Part shown: one piece after another, positions 9,359 through 17,070 of the stretch
Layout of the letters: the number at the start of each line of letters is the position of its first letter
Numbering within the stretch: the first letter of the stretch is position 1
Assembly: GCA_035299425.1 (NCBI GenBank)
Contig: DATGWP010000024.1
Location: 1,120-65,119 of the forward strand
Reading direction: 5' to 3'
DNA from: Chitinophagales bacterium
GTDB taxonomy: Bacteria; Bacteroidota; Bacteroidia; Chitinophagales; LD1
Length of the DNA: 64,000 bases
The notes under the pieces: model-generated
What the model saw: only the letters and a program-made list of their open reading frames with translations
The model's database searches: none
Told to the model about the DNA's origin: nothing
Translations under genes and position numbers: made by a program

Positions 9359-9370
9359 TGCAAGTATAAA
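9359..9370 (-). promoter_or_regulatory. Shared 12-nt motif TTTATACTTGCA (copy 1), 15 nt upstream of the cysH leader ORF; contains a near -7 box TATACTTG
   Basis: Identical 12-mer to 9998-10009 (+). Each copy immediately precedes one of the two Cys-rich mini-ORFs. Confidence 0.35.
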
Positions 9371-9380
9371 CTAATAAATA

Positions 9381-9992
9381 GTGAATAACCAAAACATTCC
9401 TTCTAAAAATTTTCTGTTCCCTGTTTTTCTGAGGCTTGAACAGATGCGTGTATTATTAGTAGGGGCCGGCCCCGTGGGGCTTGAAAAAGCCACCGCCATA
9501 CTTAGCAATTGCCCTAACATACAACTACACATAATAGCGGAAGTAGTAAGCCCTGAAGTAAGGGCGCTGCCGGGCAATTTCAGCGGTGTAACCATTACCG
9601 AGCGAAGGTTTAACGATGATGATTTAATTGGCATACAGGTGCTTTTTCTGGCTATAAACAATAAGGAATTGAGCGGTGTTATATATACAAAGGCCCATCA
9701 GCTAAACATACTGGTAAATGTGGCCGACACACCCGATTTTTGCGATTTCTACATGTCGTCAATAGTGCAAAAGGGGCAGCTTAAACTGGCTATCTCTACC
9801 AATGGCCAATCGCCCACTATGGCCAAACGCCTGAAAGAAGTATTGAACGATGCCCTGCCTGACGAACTGGACGACCTGATAGCCAACTTAAACCAGGTGC
9901 GTAACGGCCTGAAAGGAGATTTTGCGGATAAGGTAAAGCAGCTAAACGAGCTGACCAGCTCCCTCAAAATAAAAGAGGGTGGCAATAAATAA
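9381..9992 (+). CDS. sirC: Precorrin-2 dehydrogenase / sirohydrochlorin ferrochelatase (siroheme synthase N-terminal-domain type, SirC/Met8-like)
   Basis: 203 aa with a GTG start. LFPVFLRLEQMRVLLVGAGPVGLEKA is the typical Rossmann N-terminus of CysG-N/SirC. Context is with cobA and cysJI. Confidence 0.8.
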   Translation: MNNQNIPSKNFLFPVFLRLEQMRVLLVGAGPVGLEKATAILSNCPNIQLHIIAEVVSPEVRALPGNFSGVTITERRFNDDDLIGIQVLFLAINNKELSGVIYTKAHQLNILVNVADTPDFCDFYMSSIVQKGQLKLAISTNGQSPTMAKRLKEVLNDALPDELDDLIANLNQVRNGLKGDFADKVKQLNELTSSLKIKEGGNK

Positions 9993-9997
9993 AGTTT

Positions 9998-10009
9998 TTT
10001 ATACTTGCA
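9998..10009 (+). promoter_or_regulatory. Shared 12-nt motif TTTATACTTGCA (copy 2), 7 nt upstream of the second Cys-rich mini-ORF
   Basis: 12/12 identity with the minus-strand copy at 9370..9359. Confidence 0.35.
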
Positions 10010-10016
10010 GTGTTCA

Positions 10017-10088
10017 ATGAAAAATACCACTCATATCCTTTTTTCTATGCACAACATTTGTTGTTGCGTGGCTTGCTGTTGTTGTTAA
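10017..10088 (+). CDS. Candidate cysteine-rich leader peptide (23 aa) preceding cobA-cysJ-cysI: MKNTTHILFSMHNICCCVACCCC
   Basis: Hand-translated. ATG at 10017, TAA at 10086-10088. 7 of the last 9 codons are Cys. It lies in the 198-bp gap between sirC and cobA. The Cys codons form the 5' arm of a hairpin (10072-10081 with 10091-10101). Confidence 0.5.
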   Translation: MKNTTHILFSMHNICCCVACCCC

Positions 10089-10190
10089 TTCAACAGGCAA
10101 GTCTGAGTATTCCATAAAAAAATATTGTTCGGATTTGTTTGCACTAAGCAGAAAGTGGGGTGATGTTATAGTATTATTAAACCGGTAAAA

Positions 10191-10973
10191 ATGAGCAAGA
10201 CAAAAGGTAAAGTTTTCCTGGTAGGCGCCGGCCCCGGCGACCCGGGACTATTCACCCTAAAAGGTGCGGCTGTATTAGCTACTGCCAATGTAGTGCTGCA
10301 CGACCGGCTGGTTAGCCCCGAAATACTAAAACATGCACCGACTACCGCTGAGATACTACTGACCGGCAAACAAGGCTTTGCAAAATCTACTGCCCAAACC
10401 TATATTGATGAGTTATTGGTAAAGTATGCACTGCAAGGCAAAACAGTGGTAAGGCTTAAAGGTGGTGATGTATCCTTCTTCTCCAATATACTCAACGAAC
10501 TGGAAGCACTGGCCGCAAACGAAATAGAGTTTGAAATTATACCTGGCGTTACTTCTGCATCGGGCTGTGCAGCCTACACAGGCATACCGCTTACGGCAAG
10601 AGGATATAGCGATGAGGTTCATTTCCTTTCGCTATACAATGTAGAAGAGGATACTACCAAGCTGGATAGAATAGCTACCATGCAAGGCACTATTGTATTG
10701 TATATGTCAAGCAACAACCTGGCAGAAACCACGCAGCAACTAAAGCATATTGGAATGCCCGATAGAAAGCTGGTGGTGATAGAGCAAGGCACTACGCCCT
10801 TTCAGCAACAGTATTTTACATCGGTGCATAAGGCCGCTGTAGATTTGGCAGGTAAGAAGATAAATTCTCCGGCACTGGTAATTATTGGCGAGGTGGTAAG
10901 CCTGTCCGAAAAATTTAATTGGTATAAAGGCAGCCACAACGGGCACTATTTTAAAGAACTAACTAAGGGATAA
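10191..10973 (+). CDS. cobA: Uroporphyrinogen-III C-methyltransferase (SUMT)
   Basis: 260 aa. KVFLVGAGPGDPGLFTLKGAAVLATANVVLHDRLV and GGDVSFF motifs of the tetrapyrrole methylase family. Confidence 0.9.
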   Translation: MSKTKGKVFLVGAGPGDPGLFTLKGAAVLATANVVLHDRLVSPEILKHAPTTAEILLTGKQGFAKSTAQTYIDELLVKYALQGKTVVRLKGGDVSFFSNILNELEALAANEIEFEIIPGVTSASGCAAYTGIPLTARGYSDEVHFLSLYNVEEDTTKLDRIATMQGTIVLYMSSNNLAETTQQLKHIGMPDRKLVVIEQGTTPFQQQYFTSVHKAAVDLAGKKINSPALVIIGEVVSLSEKFNWYKGSHNGHYFKELTKG

Positions 10974-10974
10974 T

Positions 10975-12669
10975 ATGCTAAGCGAAGAGCAACTACAAAA
11001 GCTTACAGATTTTATTGGTCAATACAGCCGCGAAGAACAGCTATGGATAAGCGGCTATATATCCGGCTTAAATAATGGAGCAGGTAGCGCACCTGCAGGT
11101 GCTGCATTGATAACAGCTAAGGTTACTATTGCTTATGGCACCGAAACCGGAAACTCTAAAAAGATAGCATCGCAACTGGCAGCACGCGCCAAACAGCGTA
11201 AGATAAATGCCAAGGTTGTTAGCCTGGACCAATACAAAACCACAGAGCTTGAAAAGGAAGAATACTTCTTTACCATAGTAAGTACACACGGCGATGGCGA
11301 ACCACCTGCTGCAGCCAAAAAGTTTTACGACTATCTGCACAGCAGCGAAAAAAGCCTACCCAAACTAAAATACAGTGTGCTTGCCCTGGGCGATACAGCT
11401 TATCCTCTCTTCTGCAAAACCGGTGAAGATGTGGATGCACAATTTGAAAAACTGGGGGCGCGCAAAATTGCCGACCGACGGAATTGTGATGTGGATTATG
11501 AAGCAGAGGCCAATGCCTGGATAGATGATATACTCACTAATCTATTAGCTGTACCGGGTGGTAACGCTGCCGAAAAAGCTGTAGAAAAGAAAAAGCCATC
11601 GGGCCGTGTTATTTACAAGGGTAAAATAACCACCAACATAAACCTGAACGATACAGGCTCGAATAAGGAAACTTACCATATAGAAATTTTGCCGGATGGC
11701 ACGGCCCACTATGCACCGGGCGATTCGATAGGTATAATACCGGTAAATTTAGAAAGCGAAGTACAGCAGGTTTTAAAAACCCTGGGCACCATAGGCAGCG
11801 AGTTTGTAACGTATAAAGACAAACGATTCTCCTTTTACCACTTACTAAAAACCACGCTGAATATAAAGCAAATGCCGCAGCGTGTGCTAAACAAATACGC
11901 CGCGCTGGAAGAAATTACCACTGAGATAAAAGGGCCTCTTGATTTTGCCGATTTGCTTAATGCCTTTCCTGCTAAAAAGCTGCAAGGCAATTGGCAGGCA
12001 CTAACCGATTTGCTGGAGCCTATTTCGCCGCGCTTGTATTCGGTAGCAAGCAGCAATGCAGCGCACAATGAAGAAGTGCATATTACAGTTGCCCGCTCTA
12101 CGTTCAAGAAAGACGGTGTAAAGCAATATGGCCTGGCCTCTAACTATTTATCGCAGTTGCCGATAGGCACCGATATTCAGTTTTATGTGCAGAAGAACAA
12201 CGCTTTCCACCTGCCTGCGGATGACAAGGATATTATAATGGTAGGTCCGGGTACAGGTATTGCCCCTTTCCGTGCTTTTGTGGCCGAGCGCGATGCGCGG
12301 GGCGCCGAAGGGCGCAATTGGTTGTTTTTTGGTGACCAGCATTTTAAAACGGATTTCCTGTATCAAACCGAATGGCAAAATTACCTGGAAACAGGCGTGC
12401 TAAATCGTATGGATGTAGCATTTTCGCGCGATACCGAAAACAAGGTGTATGTTCAGCATAAGTTGCAGCAACATGCAGCGGCTGTTTTTGAATGGTTGCA
12501 GGGCGGCGCTTATTTTTATGTATGCGGCGCCAAAGAACCAATGAGTGTGGATGTGGAAGAAACACTGCTGCAGATAATTGACCAGCAAAGTGGAAATGGG
12601 CGAGAATATGCCGAAGAGTATATCAACACACTGAAAGAGGAAGGGAGATATTTAAAAGATGTATATTAA
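10975..12669 (+). CDS. cysJ: Sulfite reductase (NADPH) flavoprotein alpha subunit
   Basis: 564 aa. Flavodoxin-like domain (ITIAYGTETGNSKKIA) followed by an FAD/NADPH ferredoxin-reductase domain (RLYSVASS, GPGTGIAPFRAF, C-terminal YLKDVY). ATG lies 1 nt after the cobA stop. Confidence 0.9.
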   Translation: MLSEEQLQKLTDFIGQYSREEQLWISGYISGLNNGAGSAPAGAALITAKVTIAYGTETGNSKKIASQLAARAKQRKINAKVVSLDQYKTTELEKEEYFFTIVSTHGDGEPPAAAKKFYDYLHSSEKSLPKLKYSVLALGDTAYPLFCKTGEDVDAQFEKLGARKIADRRNCDVDYEAEANAWIDDILTNLLAVPGGNAAEKAVEKKKPSGRVIYKGKITTNINLNDTGSNKETYHIEILPDGTAHYAPGDSIGIIPVNLESEVQQVLKTLGTIGSEFVTYKDKRFSFYHLLKTTLNIKQMPQRVLNKYAALEEITTEIKGPLDFADLLNAFPAKKLQGNWQALTDLLEPISPRLYSVASSNAAHNEEVHITVARSTFKKDGVKQYGLASNYLSQLPIGTDIQFYVQKNNAFHLPADDKDIIMVGPGTGIAPFRAFVAERDARGAEGRNWLFFGDQHFKTDFLYQTEWQNYLETGVLNRMDVAFSRDTENKVYVQHKLQQHAAAVFEWLQGGAYFYVCGAKEPMSVDVEETLLQIIDQQSGNGREYAEEYINTLKEEGRYLKDVY

Positions 12670-12693
12670 TCTGCAGTAAGAAACTTTATAGCA

Positions 12694-14367
12694 ATGGCAA
12701 AAAAGGAAAAACTATCGCCGGTAGAAAAATTTAAGGAAGAAAGCGATGCCCTTCGCGGCACGCTGGCACAGAGCCTTAAAAATGAACTAACCGGTGCAGT
12801 GGCAGAGGCTGATAAAAGCCTGATAAAATTCCACGGTATATACGAGCAGGATAACCGCGACCGGCGCGAAGAACGTGCTGCCAAAAAACTGGAGCGCGAT
12901 TACTCGTTCATGATTCGCCTGCGCTTGCCCGGTGGACTAATGACAAGCGAACAATGGATAGCTACTGATGACATAGCTGAGAAATACTCTACCGGTGTTA
13001 TTAAAATAACCACCCGACAAACCTTGCAACTACATGGTATTGTAAAAACGGATATGAAGCCGACCCTGCAGTGGTTCGACAAGTTTAACCTGGATAGTAT
13101 TGCTGCCTGTGGCGATGTAAACCGCAACGTGGTTTGCAGCGCACACCCAATGCAATCGGAAATACATCAGCAGGTGTTTGAGTATGCCGATAAGATAAGT
13201 ACCCTGCTATTGCCTAAAACCCGCGCCTACTACGAGGTATGGTTGGATGACGAAAAAATAATTGATAAGAAAGAAGAGGAAGATCCATTGTATGGTAAGA
13301 CCTATTTACCGCGTAAGTTTAAAATAGCCATTGCCATACCGCCCAACAACGATGTGGATTTATATGCCAACGATATTGGACTGATAGCCGTGATAGAAAA
13401 TAACGTATTGAAAGGCTTCAACATAGCCGTAGGTGGTGGCATGAGCGCCACGCATGGCAACGTATCTACTTATCCGCGCGTGGCTAGTGTAATCGGCTTT
13501 GCCGATACAGAAGAGAAAGTGCTGAAAGCGGTTTATGAAATTGTAACGATACAGCGCGATTATGGTAACCGTAGTGATAGAAAACTGGCCCGGTTAAAAT
13601 ATACGATTGACAACGAAGGCCTTGATTGGTTTGTACAGGAACTGGAAAAACGATGCGGTTTTGCATTAGAGCCTACCAAACAATTTGATTTTAACCAGCG
13701 CATAGATTACTATGGCTGGCAAAAAAACCATGAAGGCAAATGGTATTACACCCTGTTTGTAGAGAATGGCCGTGTGTGCAATGAAAATGGCGTGGACATG
13801 CGCAAAGCACTTTATGAAATAGCGCAGACAGCCAAAGTAACGTTCCGCTTTACCTGCAACCAAAACCTGATAGTAGGCGATATATCGCAAAAAGATAAAG
13901 CTGCTATCAACAAATTGCTGGCTAAGTATAATCTGATTGAACATACCGAAGCCCGCACCGGTATTCGTAAAAACTCGATGGCCTGCGTAGCCATGCCTAC
14001 CTGCCCATTAGCATTGGCAGAGGCTCAGCGATATTTACCCGAGCTAATATCTAAGATTGAACCACTGCTGGCTGAAAACCAACTGACAAACGATGATATT
14101 ATCATTCGTATGACCGGCTGCCCCAATGGCTGTGCCAGGCCTTACCTGGCAGAGATTGCACTGGTAGGTGTTTCGCCGGGAAGGTATAACCTGCACATTG
14201 GTGGCGATGTATCGGGCGCAAGGCTAAACATCATCTTCCGCGAAAACCAGAACGAAGAAGAAATTTTATATGCCCTTGGCGCTTTGTTTAAAACATACGC
14301 GGAGAAAAGAAATAAGAACGAGGCCTTTGGCGATTTTGTGATACGAGAAAAGTATGTTACCGCTTAA
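12694..14367 (+). CDS. cysI: Sulfite reductase hemoprotein beta subunit (siroheme/[4Fe-4S])
   Basis: 557 aa. FHGIYEQDNRDRREERAAKKLE..RLRLPGG..TTRQTLQLHG at the N-terminus. Cluster cysteines in MACVAMPTCPLA and TGCPNGCARP. Confidence 0.92.
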   Translation: MAKKEKLSPVEKFKEESDALRGTLAQSLKNELTGAVAEADKSLIKFHGIYEQDNRDRREERAAKKLERDYSFMIRLRLPGGLMTSEQWIATDDIAEKYSTGVIKITTRQTLQLHGIVKTDMKPTLQWFDKFNLDSIAACGDVNRNVVCSAHPMQSEIHQQVFEYADKISTLLLPKTRAYYEVWLDDEKIIDKKEEEDPLYGKTYLPRKFKIAIAIPPNNDVDLYANDIGLIAVIENNVLKGFNIAVGGGMSATHGNVSTYPRVASVIGFADTEEKVLKAVYEIVTIQRDYGNRSDRKLARLKYTIDNEGLDWFVQELEKRCGFALEPTKQFDFNQRIDYYGWQKNHEGKWYYTLFVENGRVCNENGVDMRKALYEIAQTAKVTFRFTCNQNLIVGDISQKDKAAINKLLAKYNLIEHTEARTGIRKNSMACVAMPTCPLALAEAQRYLPELISKIEPLLAENQLTNDDIIIRMTGCPNGCARPYLAEIALVGVSPGRYNLHIGGDVSGARLNIIFRENQNEEEILYALGALFKTYAEKRNKNEAFGDFVIREKYVTA

Positions 14368-14369
14368 AA

Positions 14370-15575
14370 ATGAATGCACATTACCGGCAAACCATTTCTG
14401 ACAAACTCGATACCCTTAAACAACAGGGTAACTATCGCTATTTTCAGGATGTAAATAAGTCGGCAAAGCATTTCCCCCGTTTTTATTTTGACGATGAAAC
14501 CGGTAAAAAGAAAAGCGCCGTAAATTGGTGCAGTAACGATTACCTGTGCATGAGTATTCACGAAGATGTTATAAGCAAGTTATCGTTTACAGCCCACCAC
14601 AGCGGCGTGGGCAGCAGCGGCACCCGCAATATATCGGGCACTACCGGCTACCATAAGCAACTGGAAGAAAGCGTAGCTAACCTGCATGGCAAAGAAGCCG
14701 CTATTATTTTCAATAGTGCTTTTCTGGCAAACCTTTCAACCCTTGCCACCCTGGGCAGGGCTTTTAGTGATGCGGTATTTATTTCAGACGAGCGCAACCA
14801 TGCATCTATAATTGAAGGCATACGTAGCAGTGGATGTAAAAAAATTGTATTCAAGCATAATGACGTGCAGCACCTGGAAGAGGTGCTTTCTGCTTTGCCA
14901 GCTGAGCAATCAAAAATCATTGTATTTGAAAGTGTTTACTCTATAAGCGGCAACGTGGCACCGGTACAGGAAATAACAGCGTTAGCAAAAAAATACAATG
15001 CCCTAACTTACATAGATGAAGTACATGCCGTGGGCCTTTACGGTGCTACCGGCGCGGGTATTGCAGGACAGCAAGGACTGCAAAATGAAGTGGATATCAT
15101 CAACGGCACATTTGCCAAAGCATTTGGCACATTAGGTGGTTATATTACTACCGATGCCATGATGGCCGATTACCTGCGCAGCTTTGCCAGCGGGTTTATT
15201 TTCACTACTTCTCTCCCACCTGCTATTTGCAGCGCTACTATCAAAAGCATTGAGCTGGTAAAACAGAATAATGAATGGCGGGAACAATTTCACGGGGCGG
15301 TAAAAAAGTTGCGGGCATTATTGGCCGATAAGCAAATCCCATTTCATACCAACGCCTCGCATGTAACGGCGGTTCATATTGGAGATAACATAAGCTGCAA
15401 AGCGATAGCCGATAGGTTATTGAACGAGTTTGGCATTTACCTGCAGCCTATCAATCCGCCCACTGTAAAAGAAGGAGAGGCCTGTTTGCGGATTACGGTT
15501 ACAGCCAAACATACAGAAAGCGATATGCAACAAATGGTAAATGCACTTTCAATTGTGATGCATGAAACAGTTTAA
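14370..15575 (+). CDS. hemA: 5-aminolevulinate synthase (Shemin/C4 pathway; alpha-oxoamine synthase family)
   Basis: 401 aa. NYRYFQDVNKSAKHFP...VNWCSNDYLCM matches the ALAS signature WCSNDYLGM, as opposed to BioF or Kbl. PLP-lysine context GTFAKAFGTLGGYI. Flanked by hemC and hemB. Confidence 0.75.
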   Translation: MNAHYRQTISDKLDTLKQQGNYRYFQDVNKSAKHFPRFYFDDETGKKKSAVNWCSNDYLCMSIHEDVISKLSFTAHHSGVGSSGTRNISGTTGYHKQLEESVANLHGKEAAIIFNSAFLANLSTLATLGRAFSDAVFISDERNHASIIEGIRSSGCKKIVFKHNDVQHLEEVLSALPAEQSKIIVFESVYSISGNVAPVQEITALAKKYNALTYIDEVHAVGLYGATGAGIAGQQGLQNEVDIINGTFAKAFGTLGGYITTDAMMADYLRSFASGFIFTTSLPPAICSATIKSIELVKQNNEWREQFHGAVKKLRALLADKQIPFHTNASHVTAVHIGDNISCKAIADRLLNEFGIYLQPINPPTVKEGEACLRITVTAKHTESDMQQMVNALSIVMHETV

Positions 15576-17070
15576 AATTGTTTGCCGCAGTTCGTCCCTA
15601 TCTGTTATACAGGCAGAAATTGCACGCCAGTACATTTTAAAAGCAGCACCGGGTACAGAAATAGAAATCGTATTAAAAGAAACCAGCGGCGACCTTGACC
15701 AGAGCCGTCCATTATATGAGTTAGAAGGCCGCGACTTCTTCTCTAAGGAAATTGATGAATACCTATTAACCGGTAAAGCTGATTTTGCAGTTCATTCAAT
15801 GAAAGACCTGAGCGGTAACCGCCTGGACGATGAGCGTTTTGTAAATGCTGTGCCTGAACGAAACGACCCGCGTGATGTTATAATTTTCAATCCGGATGTA
15901 TTAGATAAGATTGCATCGGGCAAACCGCTGGTGATAGGAACTTCTTCTTTACGCAGACAATTGCAGGCTATCAACTTTCTTAAAAAGGCATTGCCGGTGG
16001 TCAATGGTTTATCTGCCTCTACAGAAACCAAAACCATACGCGGCAATGTAGATTCGCGTTTGCAGCAATTGCAGGATGGGAAATTTGACGGTATTATACT
16101 TGCTGCAGCCGGCTTAAACCGATTGCTTACTGGTGGCAATAGCAACGTGGCTTCACTTTTAAGCGGCAAACGGAAAATGTTTCTACCCCTTATTGAATGT
16201 GCGCCGGCTCCGGGGCAGGGTGCTTTATTAATAGAGTGCCTGAAAACGAATAGCTCAGCTGCTGAAATTCTTGCCGGTGTAAATAATACAGCCCTATCTG
16301 CGCAATTGGAAACAGAGAGAAATTCAGTAACCCATTTAGGCGGCGGGTGCCACCAGCAGTATGGGTCTGTCTATATCGATACGCCTCATGGTGGGTTTGT
16401 AAATGTAGCAGGCATAGACGAAAAAGGGAATGATGTTAGCGATATGATATTTGATGTATCGTTGGATATCTCTGGTAAAAAAATGTTCTCTGCCGGCGAC
16501 CATATGAAGGATTTTTTCAGTTACGAATTTCAGAGTGCAGACCTATCCGGATTATCCGATGTTGTTTTCGTAGCACATCACCGCGCTGTTACACCTGCAA
16601 TAGCCGAACAGTTAAAGGATAAACAAGTATGGTGCTCGGGTAGCCGCAGTTGGTATGAGTTGGCCAAGCTGGGTATTTGGTGCCAGGGATGTGCCGATGG
16701 GTTAGGCTTTCATTTCTTATCGAATACGTTCGCTCAGCCATTAACTTCTATAAATAAAGAAACGATAACAATTTTAACCAATACCCAGGCTGCCGAAGAA
16801 TGGGCTAAAGAAAATGTGGTTGCTGTCGGCACTTATAAACTGATTCCGAATTTATCGAAAGAACTATGCGATGGCATAAGTGGCGCCGACATTATCTACT
16901 GGACCAATTTTGAGCAATATCTTGCGGCTAAGCATTTGCTAAAGGCCGGCGTTACACATGCTTGTCCATCGGGCAAAACTGTTGAATTGTTTTTAAAGAA
17001 TAACATTGAGCCGGTGGTGTTTCCCGGTATTAAGGCATTTAATATATGGAGAAAGAAAAACACTATATGA
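15562..17070 (+). CDS. hemC: Porphobilinogen deaminase (HemC) with about 190-aa C-terminal extension, possibly a uroporphyrinogen-III synthase (HemD)-like domain
   Basis: 502 aa. HemC motifs (GTSSLRRQLQ, RGNVDSRLQQLQDGKFDGIILAAAGLNRL, GGGCHQQYG) occupy the first ~300 aa. Assigning the remainder to HemD rests only on pathway logic and weak resemblance. Overlaps the ALAS gene by 14 nt. Confidence 0.8.
   Translation: MKQFKIVCRSSSLSVIQAEIARQYILKAAPGTEIEIVLKETSGDLDQSRPLYELEGRDFFSKEIDEYLLTGKADFAVHSMKDLSGNRLDDERFVNAVPERNDPRDVIIFNPDVLDKIASGKPLVIGTSSLRRQLQAINFLKKALPVVNGLSASTETKTIRGNVDSRLQQLQDGKFDGIILAAAGLNRLLTGGNSNVASLLSGKRKMFLPLIECAPAPGQGALLIECLKTNSSAAEILAGVNNTALSAQLETERNSVTHLGGGCHQQYGSVYIDTPHGGFVNVAGIDEKGNDVSDMIFDVSLDISGKKMFSAGDHMKDFFSYEFQSADLSGLSDVVFVAHHRAVTPAIAEQLKDKQVWCSGSRSWYELAKLGIWCQGCADGLGFHFLSNTFAQPLTSINKETITILTNTQAAEEWAKENVVAVGTYKLIPNLSKELCDGISGADIIYWTNFEQYLAAKHLLKAGVTHACPSGKTVELFLKNNIEPVVFPGIKAFNIWRKKNTI

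Noticed and set aside
9184-9380. SAM (or other) riboswitch in the cysH leader
   Set aside because: I could not recognise any SAM-I, SAM-II or SAH conserved core. The region is better explained by the Cys-codon mini-ORF plus alternative hairpins. An Infernal/Rfam scan would be needed to exclude a riboswitch formally.
10089-10190. Canonical intrinsic terminator after the second Cys-rich mini-ORF
   Set aside because: I searched by eye, allowing G.U pairs, for a stable hairpin followed by a U-run. I found only weak AU-rich pairings, so no terminator feature is reported there.
17046-17066. Upstream ATG start (MEKEKHY) for hemB
   Set aside because: The ATG at 17067 overlaps the hemC stop as ATGA, which suggests translational coupling. 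It also yields the typical HemB N-terminus MNQRRLR. The upstream start remains possible.
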